DNA from: Octopus vulgaris
Taxonomy: Eukaryota
DNA: 64,000 nucleotides
Direction: 5' to 3'
Assembly: GCA_951406725.2 (NCBI GenBank)
Contig: OX597826.1
Span: 18,910,001-18,974,000, forward strand
This document shows, piece by piece, positions 1 through 11,940 of the stretch (position 1 is its first letter; the number at the start of each line of letters is the position of its first letter). The position numbers and the translations under genes were made by a program. The notes beneath the pieces were generated by a model that made no database searches, was not told where the DNA came from, and worked only from the letters and a program-made list of their open reading frames with translations.

Positions 1-19
1 CCCCTTGTGGGCAGTAATG

Positions 20-74
<55 letters not shown>

Positions 75-90
75 CATATATATATATATG

Positions 91-148
<58 letters not shown>

Positions 149-178
149 CATATATATATATATGTATATATATATATG

Positions 179-227
<49 letters not shown>

Positions 228-276
228 AAACAAGTAAAAAATAGAAAATGCTAAAATAATTTTATAGTGAACATTT

Positions 277-314
277 CAGTACCGGTTTCGGTCATTTTGA
301 GACCTTTTCAACTG
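277..314 (-). ncRNA. Minimal type I hammerhead ribozyme, U3-A8 core variant
   Basis: Minus strand CAG-UUGAAAA-GGUC-UCAAAAU-GACC-GAAA-CCGG-UA-CUG. Stem I CAG/CUG (extendable), stem II GGUC/GACC, GAAA, palindromic stem III ACCGGU, GUA cleavage triplet. Confidence 0.75.
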
Positions 315-642
315 TAACGATTAAATAATTAAATTTAGAAAAATTAGAAGAAAAGTTTTTTTAAAAGAATATTTCTATAGTAGTGTTCAGATTTAAGTGG
401 CATTCTGCCTTTCTCTGACTCCCTTGTTTGCACTTGTGTGTTCGAGGTAGTTGTGAGTTCTTGGTAGGGTAGTAGAGGGAAGGCTGGTGAGGAAAGGGGG
501 TGGGAGAATCTGGGAGTGCCCTGATGGTCGTATTTTGAATGGTCAGTGGCGGCTGGCAGTCTCAGTTCAATTCAGGATTGTTTATAGAATTAGCGTAGGT
601 GTTATACTAAAAAACATTAGTGACAAACTTAAGGGGTAGGGG

Positions 643-1040
643 GTGGAGAAGAAGAAGAAGAAGAAGAAGAAGAAGAAGAAGAAGAAGGAGAAGGAGAAGA
701 TGATGGTGATGGTGGTGATGATTATGACGACGATGATGATGATAACGATGATGATGAAGAAGAAGAAGAAGAAGAAGAAGAAGAAGAAGAAGAAGAAGAA
801 GGAGGAGAAGGAGAAGATGGTGGTGATGATGGTGGTGATGATGATGACGCCGATGATGATGATAACGATGATGATGAAGAAGAAGAAGAAGAAGAAGAAG
901 AAGAAGAAGAAGAAGAAGAAGAAGAAGAAGAAGGAGGAGAAGGAGAAGATGGTGGTGATGATGGTGGTGATGATGATGACGCCGATGATGATGATAACGA
1001 TGATGATGAAGAAGAAGAAGAAAAAAAAAAAAAAAAAAAA
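643..1040. repeat. Compound trinucleotide repeat with a higher-order ~120-130 bp unit repeated three times
   Basis: The block (GAA)n-GGAGAAGGAGAAG-(GAT/GGT)n-GACG-(GAT)n-AACG-(GAT)n recurs three times. Confidence 0.9.
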
Positions 1041-1472
1041 AACAGAGAAGGGAGAATATGAATGGGTGTAAATATAGCTATGAAGGGGCTGATTAGTAAT
1101 GGATTCTATGGAGTGTAGTATTTGTGTGTGTATATATATTTTTTTCTTTTATTCTAAAGTTGAGGTATATTAATTGTTTGTCGTAGACCCGTTAAGAAGT
1201 GGCTTGTATTTTGTAATAAAGAGATTTTCTTTACTTATTCTTTGTCTCGAGGTTGTATCGTCCCTAAATTGGTAGAGGGGGAAAATTCTGAAGTTTGGTG
1301 TTTTTTTGTTGGCGCAAGTATCTATGTGTTGGCTAAAAGCTATTTTTCTGTTTTGGGGAATTTTTATCTGGGATCTGTGCAGGGCCATTCGTTTACGCAA
1401 ACCATATATATATATATATATATATATACATACATATATATATATACATACATATATATATATATGTATGTA

Positions 1473-1524
<52 letters not shown>

Positions 1525-1780
1525 CATATATATATATACATATATATATATATGTATGTATATATATACATATATATATATATATATGTATGTATGTATA
1601 TATAGAATATAAGGATGAAAATCACGTTAATGATTTTTATCAGATAGAGGAATGGTAAGAAGAGAGATGTTTCACTGGCAGTTTGAAGTATGTGTGTGCG
1701 TGGGGTTCTGTGTGCATGTATGTGTGTGTATGTATGTGCATGTATATGCGTTGTGCGCATATATATATATACATATATAT

Positions 1781-2163
1781 ATAATTATAATTAAGGGTTA
1801 ATTGCAACAAGTTGCTCAAAACCACGTACCGAAAATATTAGAAATAGCAGCCAAAATTGACCACTATTTCCTCTACTAATAGTCTCCACAAAGGCTGGGA
1901 TTTCGTTATTTTCTTCCTTTTTTGCCATATACCGGTTACAAATTCTGTTTGTTTGTGGAGACTTTTTATTAGTAGAGGAAATAGTGATCAATTTTGGCTG
2001 CTATTTCTAATATTTTCGGTATGTGGTTTTGAGCAACTTGTTGCAATTAACCCTTAATTATAATTATTATAACCCTTACCAAATATGGTCTTTTCCATAC
2101 CGATAAATCTACTAGGTGAAATTTATTAATTTTATTAAATTAATTATATTCCACCCTTTTTGC

Positions 2164-2165
<2 letters not shown>
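1781..2165. mobile_element. (TA)n-embedded hairpin + tail insert (inverted arms ~110 bp, 1781-2067)
   Basis: Near-perfect inverted repeat (ataattataattaagggtt...gtctccacaaa / tttgtggagac...aacccttaattataattat), then a ~100-nt tail. Confidence 0.8.
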
Positions 2166-2211
<46 letters not shown>

Positions 2212-2215
<4 letters not shown>

Positions 2216-2632
2216 CTTCATATAATTAGGGTTCAGCAAAAAAAATTTGCTTTACCACATACCGAACTTTTAGAAATAGCAGCCAAAGAATTTAGCTATT
2301 TCCTCTACTATAAGAAGAGTCTCCCAGACAATGTATACTCGAAAACAAATCAAATTTCGAGTGAACTTTCGCTATTTTTCCCTCTATGCCTACGTGAATT
2401 GTTTTTGAGTATACACTGTCTGGGAGACTCTTCTTACAGTAGAGGAAATAGGTAAATTCTTTGGCTGCTATTTCTAAAAGTTCGGTATGTGGTAAAGCAA
2501 ATTTTTTTGCTGAACTCTAGTTATATGAAGTAATGTTTAAATTTACCGTAAATGGTCCTTTTACATACTGAACTCTGCTTGGTAAAATTATTAATTACTA
2601 ATTAATTAATTTTACCCATTATTATTATTGAC
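2212..2632. mobile_element. (TA)n-embedded hairpin + tail insert (arms ~135 bp, 2212-2534), homologous to 1781-2165
   Basis: Long inverted repeat. Shares accac.taccgaa...ttagaaatagcagccaaa...ctatttcctctacta and a similar tail with the previous element. Confidence 0.8.
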
Positions 2633-2650
2633 TATATATATATATATATA

Positions 2651-2850
2651 TTGTTTTTGGATTTGGTTTGCAAGATTCTTTATATAAGTTCATGTGTTGA
2701 AGCATATTTTGTTGTGTCTGGGGAGCGTAATTTTCTTTTTGTGCCTTATTATTTAACACACTCACCAGTAAAATTTCCACTTCTTTCTTTTTTATTTTTC
2801 TAAAATTTTCTTTGCGCCTTGCAACCTTTTCAATAGTCTTGACTCTGTCC
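2651..2850 (-). mobile_element. PLE terminal (pLTR-like) segment, family B
   Basis: Reverse complement of 7060-7160. Further pieces occur at 6930-7060, 8264-8297 and 9454-9507. Most copies abut (TA)n. Confidence 0.7.
2800..2836 (-). ncRNA. Hammerhead-like motif, U3-A8 core with an extra G (family B)
   Basis: CUA-UUGAAAA-G-GUUGC-AAGGC-GCAAA-GAAA-AU-UU-UAG. The copy at 7023-7059 has an intact GUUGC/GCAAC stem II. Confidence 0.5.
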
Positions 2851-3100
2851 GTTATTCACACTGCATTCCCTTTTGTCTGTTTGTGCGCATGTATGTGGTT
2901 TAATGTTAACAAAAATCCTTTGACAAGATAAGTTAGATTTTTATTTTAAGAAATATTGTTAAATGCTTTTCGATTATTTATAGTTGATACATGTATTTTT
3001 TTATATATTTATTTGATAATTAATATATCAAATTAGTATAAGTTAAGATAAGTACATTTATTCTATTATTATTTTTTAAATTTTTATTATTTATTATCTT

Positions 3101-3206
3101 AGACCTGATGAGTGACTATATTTTTAAATAGAATTAATTTTAGTTTGATTTAATTTAAAATCGAATTGATTTTATTATTATTATCTATTTGAAATGTGCG
3201 TAGTCT
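3101..3206 (+). ncRNA. Degenerate hammerhead-like motif with long AT-rich stem II
   Basis: AGAC-CUGAUGA-~80 nt-GAAA-UGUGCG-UA-GUCU. Stem I AGAC/GUCU. The base of stem II is not well paired. Confidence 0.35.
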
Positions 3207-3360
3207 TTTTACTAATATTTACTAATTATTGTACTTTATTGATTTAAAATAAGTTTTGTTATAGTATGTTTTCTATATGAATAACATCTTTCTTTATTGA
3301 ATTGTTTAATAATGGCTTTTCTCTAAATTATATACATACATACATACATACATACATACA

Positions 3361-3392
<32 letters not shown>

Positions 3393-3421
3393 CATATATA
3401 CATGCATACATACATAGATAC

Positions 3422-3491
<70 letters not shown>

Positions 3492-4246
3492 TAATTTAGA
3501 TTCAATTGAATTAGGTACTTAAACTGAAGCACCTTGTTAAGACAAACTTATTTACACACTCAAATAATATCTGGTGATTATCAAATTCTACATAGAATGG
3601 CAAGATCCAACTTAGTGAATAAATCCACACCTGTTTGTTCAGACTTGTACTTTATATAAAGATACTTTCCACATATTCCTGAAGTGCAGATTCCAGGGTA
3701 GGTGAGTAAAATATAAATGAGTAATGAAGCTGTACAGGTGTCAATTCATTACATCTGTTTCAAGTGACTCCTTTAATTGATCAATGAAAGCATTACATCA
3801 TTACAAAGAAAACTGTTCTCGTTAGATGACTGCATAGGCTTCAAGCATAAAGTTCAACTTAGGTATTTAAGCATATTTATATCATCAATAGAGAGCAAAT
3901 ATTTACGATGATTCCGCTGCTAAATTTTTTGTCAGAATATAAAAAGGCCAGTACAGCGACAGACAAGCCAGAAATTAGCATAGGCTAGAAGCAGGGGAAA
4001 GGAATAAATGGAAGTAGTGACCATACTTTCTAGACATCGAAGACAATAAGGAGGATATAGTGTCTTCAAAACATCTTAAATTAGATCTTTAGGGAGTTAT
4101 AAATTAATTAGTATCATGACAGACCATTCTACTATCTGAGAAAAGGGAACTTTACATCCAGCTATATCAACACCCTCTTCTCTTTCTATTATCATCACTC
4201 CCCCATCAGATATTCTCGTTTACCACCCCATGTCCTACCCTTTTGG

Positions 4247-4290
4247 TAGTTTCCAGCTCGAAATTTCTGGAACCACCGTTGACATTGGCT
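4247..4290 (-). mobile_element. Tiny mariner transposase HTH fragment
   Basis: Minus strand translates CQRWFQKFRAGNY. Confidence 0.45.
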
Positions 4291-4401
4291 TACACCTAAA
4301 ACACTAAAATCTTGCACCAAGAACAAGAACAAGATAAAATTACAACCTGCTTTTATAGCAAGTTGGCGCAGGTAAGTTTATCCCGTCCCCTCTGAATTTT
4401 A

Positions 4402-4404
<3 letters not shown>

Positions 4405-4455
<51 letters not shown>

Positions 4456-4478
4456 TTAACGTCCACTTTCCATGCTAA
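4405..4478 (-). mobile_element. RTE-type retroposon 3' end with (GAT)n tail
   Basis: catggaaagtggacgttaaa(tga)n matches the 3' ends at ~50340-50370 and ~51118-51140. Confidence 0.7.
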
Positions 4479-4535
4479 TAGGATGATCCAAAGCGCGCGC
4501 ATGTGTGTGTGTGTACATGTATATATGTGTGTATG

Positions 4536-4568
<33 letters not shown>

Positions 4569-4579
4569 GCATATACATT

Positions 4580-4659
<80 letters not shown>

Positions 4660-4660
<1 letters not shown>

Positions 4661-5063
4661 TAGCAGCTAAGCCCAGTTTTAGCCAGTTGGTTTGGATGGT
4701 GTGGCTGTAAAACCTGCTCTGTGTAAGCATTCGGCTTGTTTGGGCATGTTTACGTTAAAAAACAATTTTAAAATGACTTTTTTCTGTCAAAACGCTAAAA
4801 ATAACTGACCAAAAAAGAAAAAAACAATATTCAACCAAATCAAAAAATAAATCCAAATATTAAGTGAACAAACACACATTCACATCCCCCCTTTACATAA
4901 ACACACATGTATTCACACAGAGTTGAAACACTTTTTGATTTATTTTTTTCAGCGTACAATTTTCATCATCCCACTACCAAGTATGACATCACCCCTTCCT
5001 TCCTTATTCATCTATCACCCCTTCCTTTCTCATTCATAAACACAAGAGTATTATTATAGTAGA
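4660..5063 (-). mobile_element. Non-autonomous Helitron
   Basis: Minus strand starts A|TCTACTATAATAA and ends CTAG|T, with a degenerate subterminal hairpin. Confidence 0.55.
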
Positions 5064-5180
5064 TTATCTCGGTAACCATAGGAGTTACGAAAAAAATACA
5101 AAGCCCAGAATTACCACTGGATCATTCTACGCATCTGTGTAATAACGAAGCTAAAGCACGCACAGTAAAGCCGCCTGATA

Positions 5181-5216
<36 letters not shown>

Positions 5217-5258
5217 TGTATATATGTATGTATGTATATATGTATGTATGTATGTATG

Positions 5259-5420
5259 CCAGAGTAAGCACATAACTGTGAAACAAGATGGAAAAAATAG
5301 TACTCGAATCCCGGTGGTGGGAGTCAGGAGGTAGAGTAATACGTTTTATTAATAAAGATGCAAAGACCTTGCAAAAACTGTTACTCAGAGCTACGTATCT
5401 GCAACTTTATTAATAAAGTA
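5259..5420 (-). mobile_element. Internally deleted relative of the 9197-9425 hairpin + tail element
   Basis: 5259-5345 resembles the reverse complement of 9352-9424. It retains ctgttactcagag (ribozyme stems I/III) and short inverted arms tttattaataaag.tgca. Confidence 0.6.
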
Positions 5421-5529
5421 TATACATATATAGATGTGCGTGTGTGCGTGTGTGTGTGCGTGTGTGTGTGTGTCGACAGACAGACAGACAGACAGGCAGA
5501 CAGACAGACAATCAGACAGACAGACAGAC

Positions 5530-5577
<48 letters not shown>

Positions 5578-5863
5578 TGATAGATAGATAGATAGATAGA
5601 TATGCATATATATGTATGTATGTATGTATGTATGCATGTTTGTATGTATGTATGTATGTATGTATGTATGTATGTTTGTATGTATGTATATGGGTGAGTG
5701 TACAAAGGAAAGAAGGGGGCATTCAACACATTTAGTAGAAGGTACATTTATTATTATTTAATATAAAAGCGACTCAAGAGTCATGATTTTCACGTGTACC
5801 TCTGAGTCACTTCTGTGATTTCTGGCGATTAAAAAAGTAAACGATAGAAAGTACAAAAAAAGG

Positions 5864-6036
<173 letters not shown>

Positions 6037-6071
6037 TGTGTATGTGTGTGTGTGTGTGTGTGTATGTGTGT

Positions 6072-6114
<43 letters not shown>

Positions 6115-6221
6115 TGTGTGTAAAAATACTGAGTTAAAAGCAACAACTATCCTCCATAGCTCCAGAAAGGCTTGTGTGCAGCTCAGAAAACGTAATCGAT
6201 ATTAATGCTTTATATAATATA

Positions 6222-6422
6222 CACGTGTTTCGTGACATTGGCAGACATCAATTACGAGAGCACAAAATACAGTTACGTGAACCAATGTCGCCAGCCTCAT
6301 TCATCGGAATTGTTTGGTATTTTCGCCGAGTAATGGCAGCTGAATGAGACGAGAGGCATTTGTTCACGTAACCGGGTTGTATGCTCACGTAATTGACGTT
6401 TTGCCAGTGTTTTAAACACGTG
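6222..6422. mobile_element. Old Tc1/mariner-type MITE (foldback)
   Basis: TA-CACGTGTTT ... AAACACGTG-TA, with imperfect inverted arms of ~80 bp. Confidence 0.7.
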
Positions 6423-6486
6423 TATGGCATACAGTAGATAAAGCATTGCCACTGATTACGTTTTCTATGTTCTTTATAAATACAAA

Positions 6487-6522
<36 letters not shown>

Positions 6523-6534
6523 TATATGTATGTG

Positions 6535-6597
<63 letters not shown>

Positions 6598-6599
<2 letters not shown>

Positions 6600-6915
6600 C
6601 TTTATTAGCCACACAGGGCTGAACACAGACGGGACAAATGACAAAGTAGAGCTTTTCTTTTTGGGGCAGAAAAAAAAAGTGGGGTAGGTCTTCGATCAAA
6701 AGGAATCGTAAAAAGGAAAGAAAAAAAAACGATCAATAGGGATTGTGTATCACAGAAATGTCATGATGTAAAGTGTAAAGGGGGAAGCAGATAAGGTTTA
6801 TCCGTGGAAAGAAAAGCCTACGGAAAAGACCACGGTAACCTCGGTCAATAATGTCACATGTTAACACATTTATTTGCAAGTAACTCTCTGTTTTAAAATT
6901 TTCCGGGTTCATAGG
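6598..6915 (-). mobile_element. Retroposon 3' end sharing its terminus with the Nin-type SINE
   Basis: Terminal tctgtgttcagccctgtgtggctaataaagaaa resembles the SINE tail tctgtgtttagccccttgtgggtagtaaagaaa (34978-35010). Confidence 0.45.
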
Positions 6916-6929
6916 ATTATATATATATA

Positions 6930-7597
6930 CTGTTGTGTCTGGGGAGAGTCATTTTCTTTTTGTGCCTTATAATTTAACATACTCGCCGGTAAAATTTCCA
7001 CTTATTTCATATTTTTGTTTTCCTAAAATTTTCGTTGCGTCTTGCAACCTTTCCAATAGTTTTATAAGGCACAAAAAGAAAATGATTCTCCCCAGACACA
7101 ACAGAATATGCTTCAACACACGAACTCATATAAAGAATCTTGCAAACCAAATCCAAAACTGGGTTGTAGAAAAGACAGGTAGGACTATCAAATCTGTATT
7201 GTGTAGATCGTATCCATTTGATAGATCCACTTGTCAAAATAATTGTGCGGTATGTTCTACAAACCCACATGTGAACTGCAAAACCAAGAACACTGTATAC
7301 CAAATTAAGTGCCGAGAAGGAGCTTGCGCGACTAACGCAGAATCATACATAGGTGAGTCTTCTAGGAGTATCAATGATAGGTTCAAAGAACACCTGGACA
7401 ACTACATTGAAAAGAAACCAAACTCCATCTTCTATCAGCATGCTGTAGACTGGCACAAGGGCTCCTTAGGGAGACTTAAATTAAACATCTGATCCACACA
7501 TCCCACTGATGCAATGCTGAGACAGGTCGCTGAAGCTGTTTGTATACAGGAATACAAACCCACTCTCAACCGAAATTCCGAATGGGGTAACATCTAG
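6930..7597 (+). mobile_element. Penelope-like element fragment: inverted pLTR + GIY-YIG endonuclease (pseudogene)
   Basis: 7160-7597 encodes VVEKTGRTIKSVL..PF..C..C..C..NCKTKNTVYQIKC...YIGESSRSINDRFKEH...H...H...(TGA)...RQVAEAVCI...LNRNSEWG*. It is preceded by a head-to-head duplication (6930-6972 vs 7064-7105). Confidence 0.85.
7023..7059 (-). ncRNA. Hammerhead-like motif, family B second copy
   Basis: CUA-UUGGAAA-G-GUUGC-AAGAC-GCAAC-GAAA-AU-UU-UAG, with an A6G substitution. Confidence 0.45.
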
Positions 7598-7985
7598 ATT
7601 CCACCCGGGAGTACCATTCTATAACCACCTCTCATTTACATATAATAATCGATGCATACATGTTGAAATGCTTGGTACTAAAATACATATATGCATATAT
7701 AACCGTACGAACGTACATTGTTTGATATGTACGAATGTGTAGCTGTATATGTGTGTATACGTGTGTGTATGTGTTGTGTATGTTAGTGTATAAGTATGTA
7801 TATGCATGCACATATGAGCATGTGTAAATATATATATGCATTATATATGATGCATGTAAAAAATTTTTTTAAGGATAAATAGAATAAAATAAAGCAAGTT
7901 TGAATTTTAACCGTTGTCTCTGAAAAGAGTCATATATATGTGTATATATATATGTATATGTATGTGTGTGTGTATGAAAAAAAAA

Positions 7986-8032
<47 letters not shown>

Positions 8033-8294
8033 TGTATGTATGTATGTATGTGTGTATATGTATGTATATATGTAGAGATGGATGAGCATATATGTGTGTA
8101 TACTTTATGATTATGTGTATGTTTGTGTGTATGTGTAAGTGTCTGTATGATTGTGTATACTTGTATATATGTATAAGATTATATGTGCATATATGTATCA
8201 AAGACGTTGTATCCATTCACCGTTGGGCGATGGTGAGAGAGACAAACGCACACACACACACACAAAGATTCTTTATATTAGTTCGTGTGTTGAA

Positions 8295-8324
<30 letters not shown>

Positions 8325-8325
<1 letters not shown>

Positions 8326-8585
8326 GCAATTAAGGACAACTTCTTAATAAGGAAAACTTAACAAGAAATTATCGGGTAGATAGCGTGAAAAACCTCATAA
8401 AAGAAAAAATTTCGAAAATAATTCTTTCTTATTGAACATATTAATTTATATATAGAGGGCATTATTATACATACATGCCACACGCTAAGAGGGATTAGTA
8501 AAATTTTTGGTAGAAATGGCTAATTTTGTCCCTCTTAGCGTGTGGCATGTATGTATAATAATGCCCTCTATATATAAATTAATAT
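8325..8585. mobile_element. (TA)n-embedded tail + hairpin insert (perfect arms ~57 bp, 8438-8585)
   Basis: atattaatttatatatagagggc...gctaagaggga / tccctcttagc...taaattaatat. Confidence 0.75.
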
Positions 8586-8604
8586 ATATATATATATATA
8601 TATA

Positions 8605-9131
8605 TGAAAAAGTAACAGTTAGTTCATGATATATATGTACGTATGTATGTGTGTGTGTGTGTGTGCTGTATGTATGTATGTATGTATGTATGTATGTATG
8701 TATGTATGTATGTGCGTATGTATGTATGTATTTATGTATGTGTGTATGTGCGTATGTATGTGTGTGCGTACATGTATGTGCGCATGCATGTGTGCATGCC
8801 TATTCGCATGTATGTATGTACCTATGTAATTACGTATGTGTGTGTCTATATAAATGTATATGTGTATATATATATATACAACCTTCAGCAAGGTAACAGT
8901 CATGTATACAACTTCAACTGACACATATCATTACATAAACATACGTTCACATATACATACACATGTACAAACACACAGACACGTCTACACACTCTCCTAA
9001 ATACTCACATACATGCACATACATACATACATACATACATACATACATACATACATACATACATACATACATACATACATACACACACATACATATGTAC
9101 ATATATATCATGAACTAACTGTTACTTTCTC

Positions 9132-9132
<1 letters not shown>
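8605..9132. repeat. Inverted repeat with microsatellite-containing arms
   Basis: aaaagtaacagttagttcatgatatatatgtac at ~8608-8640 is inverted at ~9097-9129. The inner (TATG)n and (CATA)n tracts extend the arms. Confidence 0.65.
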
Positions 9133-9196
<64 letters not shown>

Positions 9197-9197
<1 letters not shown>

Positions 9198-9421
9198 TTT
9201 ATTTTAAGCAGCAGAAAATTCAACAAAATCTGTTACTCTGAGTTTCTCGTTGCCGTTCATCAGACAGTTTTTGCAGATTCTAGCAAAAACGAACGGCAAC
9301 GATAAACTCAGAGTAACAGATTTTGTTGAATTTTCTGCTGCTTAAAATAAAGCATATTACTCTACCACTGGTATTTGAGTACTCTTTTTTCCACCTTGTT
9401 TCACATTTATGTGTTTACTCC

Positions 9422-9425
<4 letters not shown>
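9197..9425. mobile_element. (TA)n-embedded hairpin + tail insert with hammerhead arms (family C)
   Basis: Inverted arms span 9197-9352, then a tail to 9424. One arm has a complete hammerhead and the other a deleted copy. Confidence 0.8.
9230..9267 (-). ncRNA. Minimal type I hammerhead ribozyme, canonical core
   Basis: CUGU-CUGAUGA-ACG-GCAA-CGA-GAAA-CUCAGAG-UA-ACAG. Stem I CUGU/ACAG, GCAA-capped stem II (A-A at the first position), near-palindromic stem III. Confidence 0.7.
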
Positions 9426-9456
<31 letters not shown>

Positions 9457-9622
9457 TTCAACACACGAACTCATATAAAGAATCTTGCAAACCAAATCCA
9501 AAAACGAAATATATATATATATATATATATACGTTCATAAGATAAAAAGTTTATTCCTTTGTCATCTCATTTTCTTTTGTACATATACATACATACATAC
9601 ATACATACATACATACATACAT

Positions 9623-9657
<35 letters not shown>

Positions 9658-9659
9658 TA

Positions 9660-9953
9660 CAAGATCAGTGAAAAAGAGAACACCTATGCTGAACTATTGA
9701 GGAATCTGCAGTTACTCTATCCAGATTACAAGTTCAGGTTTATACCTGTAATTATTGGAGGCCCTGGGATATGTAACACACTACCTAAATGCCAAGTCTT
9801 GAGAAATTAGGCTTCTCAAAACCAGAAAGGAGAAAGTTGATTCGAAGACTCCAGATCCAATCCATCACTGGAAAACTTTCCAGAAGTTAATCATTTGTCT
9901 CGATATACAATTATATGCATGGGAATACATACATAAATATATACAAATCTGCA
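9660..9953 (+). mobile_element. REL-endonuclease non-LTR retrotransposon (R4/Dong-like) 3' fragment in (CATA)n
   Basis: Translates [33 protein letters not shown]. Nearly identical to 17399-17692. Confidence 0.75.
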
Positions 9954-11008
9954 CATACATACATACATACATACATACATACATGCATGCATGCATGCAT
10001 GCATACATACATACATACATGCATGCATACATACATACATACATACAAACATACATGCATGCATACATACATACATACATACATACATACATACATACAT
10101 ACATACATACATGCATGCATGCATACATACATACATACATACATACATACATACATACACACACACATACATACATACATACATACATACATACATACAT
10201 GCATGCATGCATACATACATTCATTCATACATACATACATGCATGCATACATACATACATACATACATACATACATGCATGCATGCATACATACACACAT
10301 ACATACATACATAAATACATGCATGTATACATACATACATACATGCATACATACATGCATACATACATACATACATACATACATACATAAATGCATGCAT
10401 ACATACACACATACATACATACATAAATACATGCATGTATACATACATACATACATGCATACATACATGCATACATACATACATACATACATACATACAT
10501 AAATGCATGCATACATACATACATACATACATACATACATACATACATACATACATACATACATACATACATACATACATAAATACATGCATGCATACAT
10601 ACATACATACATACATACATAAATGCATGCATACATACATAAATACATACATACATACATACATACATACATACATAAATGCATGCATACATACATACAT
10701 ACATACATACATACATACATGCATGCATACATACATACATACATACATACATACATAAATGCATGCATACATACATAAATACATACATAAATACATACAT
10801 ACATACATACATACATACATACATAAATGCATGTATACATACATACATAAATACATACATACATACATACATACATACATACATACATACATACATACAT
10901 GCATACATACATAAATGCATGCATACATACATAAATACATACATACATACATACATACATACATACATACATACATACATACATACATACATACATACAT
11001 ACATACAT
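9954..11008. repeat. ~1 kb (CATA)n array with CATG/AATA variants
   Basis: Seen directly. Confidence 0.95.
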
Positions 11009-11009
11009 C

Positions 11010-11734
11010 CGACTTTAATTCAGAGGAGCCTATCTGCTTGGAGTTAAAAATTTTAAAATTGCAATCAAATAAATCACTTGTAGTTTGTTTTAGTTCTTTA
11101 ATCCAATATGGTTCTTTTTAAATTATTGCACTCACTTTTGGATTTATTGGGTCCTTTTAGATGTAAAAAGCCGTTAAATTTAACTGAGTTCTTCTGAATT
11201 TACCAAGACCCTTCTAAGTTTTAGGGCCTTCTCAAACCCTTGATATAATGGGTTATCTTTATTATCTTATATTTTAAATAAGCTATTTTTAAAGTAGTGC
11301 CTTTAAAGAAACATTTTGATATAACGATAATGCAATATCCATGAACATGTCAGAGAGTATCAAATTTGGGGAAGATGAGAGAGAAAAAAACAGCGAAAAA
11401 GAATTCAAAATTGAGACGAAGTTCTTTGTATTGACGTTATTTACAGCGTTTCAGTGGTTTTTACGATGCGCACTTGTATTGTTTTCATCTGCAGCAGTGG
11501 TTTTCAGCCATTCCTTCTGGAACCCTCTGATCCCTATTTTCCCTCAGGTGGACCCTCCTGGCCATTCGACGCTTTAAAAATCCTTTTATATTTTCATAAT
11601 TAAATATTATTAAGAATTGTATAAAAGAAATTGTTTAAAATATTTTGTGTATTGCACATAAATTTTAACAACAAAATCTTATTTAGACCCCCACTCGAGG
11701 GCCTATGGACCCCACAGGTCTAAATCCGACCCTG
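11010..11734. mobile_element. Probable hAT-type DNA transposon remnant (one TIR visible)
   Basis: Ends in taaatccgaccctg (reverse complement CAGGGTCGGATTTA). No matching left TIR was found. Confidence 0.35.
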
Positions 11735-11751
11735 CTTACGTACATGTGTGT

Positions 11752-11842
<91 letters not shown>

Positions 11843-11864
11843 AGTGAGTGTGTGTGCGTGTGAG

Positions 11865-11940
<76 letters not shown>

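Larger units (their letters stand above)
225..1403 (-). mobile_element. 5'-truncated Penelope-like retroelement (GIY-YIG C-terminus, 3' UTR, hammerhead-bearing terminus) inserted in (TA)n
   Basis: 1170-1403 translates [12 protein letters not shown]...SQHIDTC...FRIFPLY...[17 protein letters not shown], typical of the end of a PLE GIY-YIG domain. A same-strand hammerhead motif follows at 277-314. (TA)n lies on both sides. Confidence 0.8.

Noticed and set aside
1860-2460. Hammerhead-like skeleton (GGAGA-CU...AG-GAAA-UAG) in the 1781 and 2212 hairpin arms
   Set aside because: The core does not match YUGANRA and stem I cannot be formed convincingly.
3630-4378. Plus-strand splice-donor-like motifs (gtgagt near 3702, caggtaagt near 4369)
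   Set aside because: No convincing coding exon or partner exons could be assembled.
7490-7492. In-frame TGA in the PLE endonuclease as possible selenocysteine
   Set aside because: It is not at a Cys-like position, no SECIS was recognised, and the copy is a truncated remnant. A nonsense mutation is simpler.
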